Position numbers and translations under genes: made by a program
The notes under the pieces: generated by a model
The model's database searches: none
Seen by the model: only the letters and a program-made list of their open reading frames with translations
What the model was told of the DNA's origin: nothing
Assembly (NCBI GenBank): GCA_963790475.1
Contig: CAWBOS010000006.1
Span: 640,001 to 704,000 of the forward strand
DNA length: 64,000 nucleotides
Origin: an uncultured delta proteobacterium
Lineage (GTDB): Bacteria > Desulfobacterota > RBG-13-43-22
Direction of reading: 5' to 3'
In this document: piece by piece, positions 57,600 to 64,000 of the stretch
Position numbering within the stretch: the first letter of the stretch is position 1
Layout: each line of letters opens with the position of its first letter

Positions 57600-58182
57600 C
57601 TAAACGTTCCCTGTTTTATCGGTCATGGTCTTAATGGTAAAATGATCCAAGATGGATCCAGGGGCATTATGGACCATTTTCAGACTTGCTTCTCTGTTGC
57701 AAAAAACCCAATCAATGGCCACGTCTCTATGGATGACCTGCCCACATTCTCTGGCCCATATGGCCCCTGTGCCACATCTCCGGCCCCACATCCCAACCTG
57801 TGAGGCCTGCTCCGGGGTGAGATAACTCCTGGCTTCCAACCGAAAATCGATGGCTTTTATTTTTAATTGGGTGGTCAGACCTATAAGTTCCTTTTGTTTG
57901 TCTATGATTTTGTCTTTGTCCGGCTTAGGGACAATCCACAAGATTTTGAGCTCCAGCCGTTTAACCCTGAGGTCATTGCGTAGAAACACCGTTTCTTTCC
58001 GGAAATTCTCCCTCAAGACCTGGAGCTTGGTTTTTTTGTTCCGGGGTAAGATTCAATAGGGTATGGTGATGAGCCTTAAATCCTTCTCTTGGTCCTCCAT
58101 CTCCTGGGACCATGGCATAAACGCTGCCGGTCATTAAAAGTAAAGCCAACAAAAACACCAAGATTTTAGTTTGACTGATCAA
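57600..58182 (-). pseudogene. Spy/CpxP/ZraP-like periplasmic protein, frameshifted
   Basis: Signal peptide and two LTPEQ motifs in different frames; shift at an A7 run (58031-58037). Confidence 0.8.
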
Positions 58183-58674
58183 TTCTTCTTCCTTCCGTAG
58201 TTTTGTTTTTAATTAAAAGGTTACTTTAGTGGCTTCCTGTGTCTCAAAATCTAAAAACCCTTTAAGATTGGTGAACTTATAGCCTACCCCCTGTTTCTAT
58301 TTTTCTCACCGGGGTCTTTCTTTAAAAGGCCGACCTAATTTATTGGGATTGTTTTTTTAGACAGAAGGAATTTTGTTTAGTTAAAAAAAATTATTGATTT
58401 AAGAATTAGTTAAGTCGTTTCAGAGAAGAGTTAAAAGTTAATTTTAACCTTGTGAGCACCTTCAAACCCAAAGTTTCTTTACCGGGCCAAATTTCGAATT
58501 TTACTTTGAAGCAGGCCTACAAACAAGCCCGAAATAGGCTTGGGTCCTTATCTACTTAGCCGTCCGGGCCGGCATAGGGCGATGAGTTACCTTTTGGACA
58601 ACCCCAAAAAAGAAAACTCCCCGGTCCCTGGCGGTAAAATTTGGTTTTATTATTTAAGACCCTTAATAAAAAAT

Positions 58675-59148
58675 TTATTCCTGGATGGAATTCACCTTAA
58701 AGGCCCAGAGCTTGCTTCCCAGGAAATTACTTATAGTCGTCATAAAAATTGCCGTCAATTGGGCCAGGACCTTGTGCCAATGCCAGAAATCGACCAGGAT
58801 CCACAGGACTACGATATTGATTCCATAACTGATAACAGTAACCGACGCATATCTTAAGTATTGGTCCCCAATCGCCCTCAATCCCTGGCCGTGGGTTTTA
58901 AAAGTCCAGCGTAAATTCAAGATGAAGTTGCCGGTCATGGCCGTCACAAAGGAAATAGTGGCGGCAATCAGGTAATGAACATAAAGCAAATAAATCAAGC
59001 TTGAATAAACAGCGAGATTGGTAAAGACCCCGCTGCTGCCCACCAGGGCGAAGCGGACAAACTGATTTCCGGTACGTCCGCTGGTCTTCACGCTGTTGAT
59101 GATATAAGCCCAACGGAGCTTTTTGGAATAGCCTTTGAACGGATTCAA
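58675..59148 (-). CDS. GtrA family protein
   Basis: QFVRFALVG.SG, NF.LN..WTF, NFLGSKLWAF. Confidence 0.92.
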   Translation of the reverse strand: MNPFKGYSKKLRWAYIINSVKTSGRTGNQFVRFALVGSSGVFTNLAVYSSLIYLLYVHYLIAATISFVTAMTGNFILNLRWTFKTHGQGLRAIGDQYLRYASVTVISYGINIVVLWILVDFWHWHKVLAQLTAIFMTTISNFLGSKLWAFKVNSIQE

Positions 59149-61466
59149 CGGCCCTCCAAAAACGGGGCTAAATGGGCCTGCAACCGTTGCTTGTTTTTTT
59201 CCAGAGACAAATCCTTGATCCTTTCCTTTTGACCGCTAATAATGTTTTCTCGAAGCTCGTCATCCTCCAGGACCAGAGCCATCATTTCGGCTATCTGTTC
59301 CAGGCTTTTTTGGGCCAGCCCGATACCGGCTCCCCCCAAAGTTTCCGCGATGCCCCCGGTCAAATACGCCATAACCGGAAGACCGAAAAACATGCTTTCC
59401 ACCAGGGGGACACAGAACCCTTCGTGCTCGCTCAGACAAAGATAGAGTTGGGAGGCGTTATAATAGGTGATCAGTTCCCGGAAAGAAGCAAAACCGGCAA
59501 AAAGGACTTTTTCAGTTAGAGCCATTTCTTCAACCATTTTTTTTATGGCTCGGCTGTAGTTGCGCACCCCGCTGTCCGTGCCGACCAGAATCAGGCGGCT
59601 CTCGGGAAAAAGACGTTTCTGGAATAGATAAAAAACCTTGATCAGGTCTTCGATCTTTTTCTGGGGAACCAGCCTGCCCACATGAAGGATATTGATCTTT
59701 CCGTCCTGGAGGGATTTTTTCAGGTTCTCATCTTGAACGATATAGTAATTATTGAAATCGATAAAAATCGGTAACACCCCGGTTTTCCGAAATCCTGCCC
59801 GTTCCAAATCCTGACGGTTAAAGTCCGACACTCCCAGGCCCAGGTCGAAATGAGGGGCCAGCTTTTTTAATTCTTCATAGCCCCAGTCACAGCGCCTTTC
59901 CACCTCGGCATTGATCCCTTTGAAGAAGTGTGCCGGGGTGATGTTGTGATAGATCAGAATCTTTCGATCCGGGAGTCGTTTGACAAACTCGGAAAGTTCA
60001 GAGCCGATGGAGAAATGAAAGATCAGGATATTATCGGGACGACTGACTTCCTTATATTCCTGAAAGGGACGGGCCCCACCGGTTAATTTGGAGTGGACGT
60101 GCTGGGCGTAAATTTCGGAATCATAGCCCCAGTCCCTTAAGACTTTTTGGATCCCCAGGACATCATTGCCGATGGCGTCGCCATAACTGAAATCAGGAAG
60201 CATCTGGTGAATCGAAGTTTCAGGATTTCTCCGACGGCTTTTCATGGAGTTCTCCTTTTGACCGGAGTCCCTGGGGCTTTCTTCCGGAATCGGCTGGGTC
60301 TTTTGGATCAATTGGATGTACCGCTGGCTAATCAAATCCCAATGAAAATGGGACAAGACATAGTTCCGGCCCTTTCTAGCCAATTCCCTGGTCATCTCCG
60401 GGTGGTTTTTCATTTCCAGCAGGCATCCTTCAAACTCCAGATAATCTTTAAAAAATAACCCTCCCTGACTGTTCTGACAATGTTCGACCGTCACCGGACA
60501 ATGGGCGTTGACCAGGACCGGAGTCCCGCAGAGCCAGGATTCCATGATGACAATGGAAAAGCTTTCCATGACCGAAGGCTGGCAAAATAGTTCAGCTCCG
60601 CCATAGGCATCATATTTATCCTGTCTGGAAACAAAACCCAAATCCAGAATGTCCTCCTGCCAATCGAGGGGGATTTTAACCGGCAAATTGCCGATCAAAA
60701 GAAGTCTGAGGTTGGAAGGGTGCCGTTCTTTAAAGAGGGCAAAATAATTCATCAACAAAGGGGTGTTCTTCCCGGTGTCCCTTCTTCCGGCATACAGGAG
60801 GTAGGGATCTTTTATTGGGAACTTTTGGCGAAATCTTTCCGGGTCGGAATGGATCTCGGTATCAATTCCCTCGCCGAAAAGATGGGTTTGATTCTCAGTC
60901 AGGCCATACAAACGCTGTCCCAGATTCATCTCGAACCGGGTATGGAAGATCATGCCCCGCACCCGGTGGAACAATTCACCCAGAATTTCCAAATGGGCAT
61001 AGCCTTCATCATGAAGGCAGGGGATAATAAAAGAACGGCCCGGAAAAATCCGGGCCCCATAATAGGTGGTACTGAAAAGATAGGGGATAAAAAATAACAG
61101 GGTTTCCGGGCCCTGAAGCCGGATGTACTGATAGAGCAAGGGGCTGTCGATCATGTGCTGAAAGAAAAGGTCTTCTTCCGGACGGGAAAGCTTTTCCCCG
61201 GAAAGGATTCGCCGGTTCAGGGAACTGAAAAGCTCTCCATTTCTGGGGCCGACCGGAAATCGTCTGACCAATACTCCATTGACCTCGTAATCCCCGGCCG
61301 GATAATAATTGCGCCCCCAATCCCCTTCAAAATCTTTAACGCAAGTTGTCCAGACCTCCACCGGAATCCTTCGCTGATGAAGGTTCTCTACGGTTCTCCG
61401 GGCCTCGGCTTCAGCTCCTCCAGGGATATCCGCCCCATACCAGGGGCAGACAAAAGCGATTTTCAT
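59145..61466 (-). CDS. Double GT4 glycosyltransferase (two fused GT-B domains)
   Basis: GGAE, ESFSIVIMESW (domain 1); GDAIGN, YHNITP, HEGFCVPLVESM (domain 2). Confidence 0.92.
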   Translation of the reverse strand: MKIAFVCPWYGADIPGGAEAEARRTVENLHQRRIPVEVWTTCVKDFEGDWGRNYYPAGDYEVNGVLVRRFPVGPRNGELFSSLNRRILSGEKLSRPEEDLFFQHMIDSPLLYQYIRLQGPETLLFFIPYLFSTTYYGARIFPGRSFIIPCLHDEGYAHLEILGELFHRVRGMIFHTRFEMNLGQRLYGLTENQTHLFGEGIDTEIHSDPERFRQKFPIKDPYLLYAGRRDTGKNTPLLMNYFALFKERHPSNLRLLLIGNLPVKIPLDWQEDILDLGFVSRQDKYDAYGGAELFCQPSVMESFSIVIMESWLCGTPVLVNAHCPVTVEHCQNSQGGLFFKDYLEFEGCLLEMKNHPEMTRELARKGRNYVLSHFHWDLISQRYIQLIQKTQPIPEESPRDSGQKENSMKSRRRNPETSIHQMLPDFSYGDAIGNDVLGIQKVLRDWGYDSEIYAQHVHSKLTGGARPFQEYKEVSRPDNILIFHFSIGSELSEFVKRLPDRKILIYHNITPAHFFKGINAEVERRCDWGYEELKKLAPHFDLGLGVSDFNRQDLERAGFRKTGVLPIFIDFNNYYIVQDENLKKSLQDGKINILHVGRLVPQKKIEDLIKVFYLFQKRLFPESRLILVGTDSGVRNYSRAIKKMVEEMALTEKVLFAGFASFRELITYYNASQLYLCLSEHEGFCVPLVESMFFGLPVMAYLTGGIAETLGGAGIGLAQKSLEQIAEMMALVLEDDELRENIISGQKERIKDLSLEKNKQRLQAHLAPFLEGR

Positions 61467-61469
61467 TTC

Positions 61470-61632
61470 GGTTGGTCTGGTCAATTCGGTCAATTCAGTC
61501 TATTTGGTCTGTCTGGTCTGTTTGGTTTTTTGGGTTTAACGTGAAGCCTGAAACGTAAGGAGTAAGGAGTGAGCATTATTTTTTTGCAACCCTAGCCTAT
61601 AGCCTTACGCCTCTGCCTCTGGCCTCTTGCCT
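61470..61632. repeat. Intergenic 9-mer and inverted 7-mer tandem repeats
   Basis: tctatttggtctgtctggtctgtttgg; cgtaaggagtaaggagtgag ... gccttacgcctctgcctctggcctcttgcc. Confidence 0.7.
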
Positions 61633-62908
61633 ACTTATACCCCAGCACTGCATAATCCTGAAATCCATATAACAGGGCATTGAGGCTCCGGACGTTTTCG
61701 TTCAATATTCGGGCCATTTCATCCTCATAAGAATCATCCTCCCGCCGGACCATCTCTTTGAGTTTCATCTCTTCAGGAAAAGGAGAGACAAAGAGGATTT
61801 CCGCCTGCCGGAATCCGTATGATTCCCACAGATAACGGGCGGCCTCGGGATGAATCGGATTTTTGTGGGAGAGATCCAGATAGAAGGCCCCGCTGAAGGT
61901 GCTCAGACATTGGGGATTTATGGTTTCGGCCAGCAGGATACCTCCGGTACGCAGTTTGGCAAAACCGACCCTGACCAATTCCCGAAGCAATTCAGGATCC
62001 AGATGTTCAATGACCTGGGATAGAAAAACCCCACCCAAACTCAGGTCCGGTAAACTTTTTAAATAGGCCAGCCCGTCACCCGAACTGGCCTCTAAGCCCT
62101 TAGCCCGGCAATGAAGGATAAATTCCTGATTGGTGTCTACGCCCGAGGCCTGGATTCCGGCTTCTTTTAAAAGCCCCAGAAATTCCCCCCGGCCGCAGCC
62201 GATATCCAAAACCGGCCCCCGGTCTTTGAAATAGGGCAGATAGTTTTTCTGCTTCCACTTAATAGCCTCTTCGCTGCCGCGATGCCGGTCTTCAAAGCGC
62301 ATATATTCCGGCTCCCGGACCCTTTCTTTCAGTTGGCCTAGGGGGAGGCTCCCTTCCATCGCAGGAGCCGGGACCTCTTTGATCCGGTTCAACACGTCCT
62401 CAAAAACATTTTTTTGGGCCTTAAGTTCCTGGGGGATGGCTTCCAATGACCGGGTCATCTGATCCCCTTTTTCTTCCAGACCAGCCAGTTGTTTTTCCAG
62501 AGCTGACCAGCGAAAACGAAAATCCAGGGCCATCTGATTCAGCAGACGCACCAGTTCCACGTTGAACTCCACCTGCTTTTTAAGGACCATTTGAATATAA
62601 GGGTCGGTCAGTTTCCGGATCACCTTTTTGAATCCTGTAACCAGGGGCCCCAAGACCTTACGGTGTGAAGAAATTTCCGGAGGTGTTCGAGTGTCGCACA
62701 GATAATTTATTTGGGATAAACGATACTGAATATCCCCTTCCTGGGAATCCGAATCTTCGGATTGTATCTGAAGGGTCATCCGTTCAATCTTTTCCAATTC
62801 TTCGGGGGAGTAAGTCCCGTTTTGTTTTTTCTCCTCGATACGGGAGCGGACGCGCTCCATAATACGGCCCACATCCACTTTTGGTTTCTCCTGGTTTTCT
62901 TGCTCCAT
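61631..62908 (-). CDS. Coiled-coil + class I SAM methyltransferase (glycan chain-terminator-like)
   Basis: Q.EFN..L coiled coil, FEDRHRGS, LDIGCGRGEF, QVIEH, ETINP, QDYA. Confidence 0.88.
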   Translation of the reverse strand: MEQENQEKPKVDVGRIMERVRSRIEEKKQNGTYSPEELEKIERMTLQIQSEDSDSQEGDIQYRLSQINYLCDTRTPPEISSHRKVLGPLVTGFKKVIRKLTDPYIQMVLKKQVEFNVELVRLLNQMALDFRFRWSALEKQLAGLEEKGDQMTRSLEAIPQELKAQKNVFEDVLNRIKEVPAPAMEGSLPLGQLKERVREPEYMRFEDRHRGSEEAIKWKQKNYLPYFKDRGPVLDIGCGRGEFLGLLKEAGIQASGVDTNQEFILHCRAKGLEASSGDGLAYLKSLPDLSLGGVFLSQVIEHLDPELLRELVRVGFAKLRTGGILLAETINPQCLSTFSGAFYLDLSHKNPIHPEAARYLWESYGFRQAEILFVSPFPEEMKLKEMVRREDDSYEDEMARILNENVRSLNALLYGFQDYAVLGYK

Positions 62909-62958
62909 AAAAGATCTTTCACTTAGGATTTTATAAATTTATTTCTAACACAATCCCT

Positions 62959-63039
62959 GTTACGAGTTGCGGGTTACGGGTTACGGGTTGGGAAATCAAA
63001 TTCTTTTTTGTCCTCAACCCGTAAGCCGCAACCCGCAAC
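62959..63039. repeat. Inverted 7-mer tandem repeat arms (GTTACGG / CCGCAAC)
   Basis: gttacgagttgcgggttacgggttacgggttg ... caacccgtaagccgcaacccgcaac. Confidence 0.85.
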
Positions 63040-63067
63040 AAGATTTAATATTCTATTTTGCAAACCC

Positions 63068-64000
63068 CTATTCGACAATCCACCGGTGGGGGATTCGATA
63101 AATCCCGGTATCTTTTCTGGCCGACCGGACGACAAAGGAAACGCAGCCGCTCCGGTAATCGTAATTATGACCATCCCGGGCATGAACAGCCACGTCCAGA
63201 AAATAATTTCCTTCTATCAAATGGACCTGTTCCAGCTTTATCGCGATTCGACCGTTTTCTTGCAGGGGAGGAAGCACCATTTCATCCAGGTCGGTGTTGG
63301 TCCCATAGCAGCAGGTCCCTTTCCCATCAAAAACGGCAATACCGAAAACGGCATCCGGGTTGGGCCGATGAACCTGAAAATTCATTTCGATCAGCAGGTC
63401 CTCCCCGTCCTGAAAAACGTGTCTTTCCTGACCTTGGCTATCCAATAACCGGACTTTATTGATTTCGATGTCCCCGTTGCCATAACGATCTTTGGAAATA
63501 ACCCTTTCCAATCCGTCGCAGGTTGCGGTCGATTCTTCTGTTTTATATCGGGCGTCATCCCTTCGGGCCACCTCCTGCCGGTAGGCATCTATCACCTGAC
63601 GGGGATCACCGAGGGCCTGAATGCATCCCGAGTCGAGCCATAGGGCCTGATCACAGAACCGTTCTACAGTGGGGAGGTCATGGGTTACCAGGACAATGGT
63701 CTTTCCGGCCTTTTTAAAATTCGTCATCCGGTCAAGACATTTTCGGGAAAAAGATTCGTCTCCCACGGCCAGGACTTCATCCACCAGCAAAATATCCGGA
63801 TCGACATTGACGGCCACCGAAAAACCCAAGCGCACATACATCCCCGAGGAATAGGTCCGAACCGGTACATCGATAAAGGATTCCAGTTCGGCAAAACGAA
63901 CGATTCGGTCAAACCGTTTTTCAATTTCTTTGCGGTTTAATCCCAGGATGGTCCCGTTTATGAAAACATTTTCCCGGCCGGTGAATTCCGGATGAAAGCC
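63068..64000 (-). CDS. wzt: Wzt polysaccharide ABC exporter ATPase with C-terminal carbohydrate-binding domain (5' end off window)
   Basis: GFHPEFTGREN, YSSGMYVRLGFS, VDEVLAVGD, RYGNG.I.I (Wzt_C). Confidence 0.93.
   Translation of the reverse strand, partial: GFHPEFTGRENVFINGTILGLNRKEIEKRFDRIVRFAELESFIDVPVRTYSSGMYVRLGFSVAVNVDPDILLVDEVLAVGDESFSRKCLDRMTNFKKAGKTIVLVTHDLPTVERFCDQALWLDSGCIQALGDPRQVIDAYRQEVARRDDARYKTEESTATCDGLERVISKDRYGNGDIEINKVRLLDSQGQERHVFQDGEDLLIEMNFQVHRPNPDAVFGIAVFDGKGTCCYGTNTDLDEMVLPPLQENGRIAIKLEQVHLIEGNYFLDVAVHARDGHNYDYRSGCVSFVVRSARKDTGIYRIPHRWIVE

Noticed and set aside
1-64000. tRNA/rRNA/tmRNA genes
   Set aside because: No cloverleaf or conserved rRNA motifs recognised by eye; a tRNAscan/Infernal run would be needed to exclude them formally.

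Overview
Chromosomal window, probably from an anaerobic deltaproteobacterium (Thermodesulfobacteriota-like; inferred from gene content such as rubrerythrin, multi-PAS HD-GYP proteins and AmmeMemoRadiSam, not from a search). Positions 1-32 kb are mostly intact genes. They include an orphan polysaccharide co-polymerase module (tandem-RHH regulator, ExeA-like ATPase, CpsD-like protein, Wzc/GumC) next to an unusual four-gene signalling operon (TPR protein, P-loop ATPase fused to an RsbW-type kinase, STAS protein, GAF-HD-GYP). Also present are an AttEFGH-like ABC/lipocalin unit, a four-helix-bundle gene enclosed by inverted short-tandem-repeat arms, an 8-PAS HD-GYP protein, glutaminyl cyclase, adenine deaminase and rubrerythrin. 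Positions 32-58 kb are a scarred accessory region: a TA pair, MITE/REP-like palindromes, an IS1380 with an exact 1009-bp tandem self-duplication inside a YgjP-like gene, an IS4 carrying a HARE-HTH-like accessory gene, two pairs of long direct repeats (43 and 55 bp) bracketing multi-kb cargo, and many pseudogenes. Positions 58-64 kb are the distal end of an ABC-transporter-dependent surface-glycan cluster. No rRNA, tRNA or CRISPR array was seen. Best candidates for undescribed biology: (1) the phosphatase-less, sigma-less partner-switching operon coupled to an HD-GYP enzyme; (2) the four-helix-bundle/STR-hairpin element and its empty copies; (3) the 55-bp recombinase-like direct repeats. All family assignments are by motif recognition; no database searches were run.
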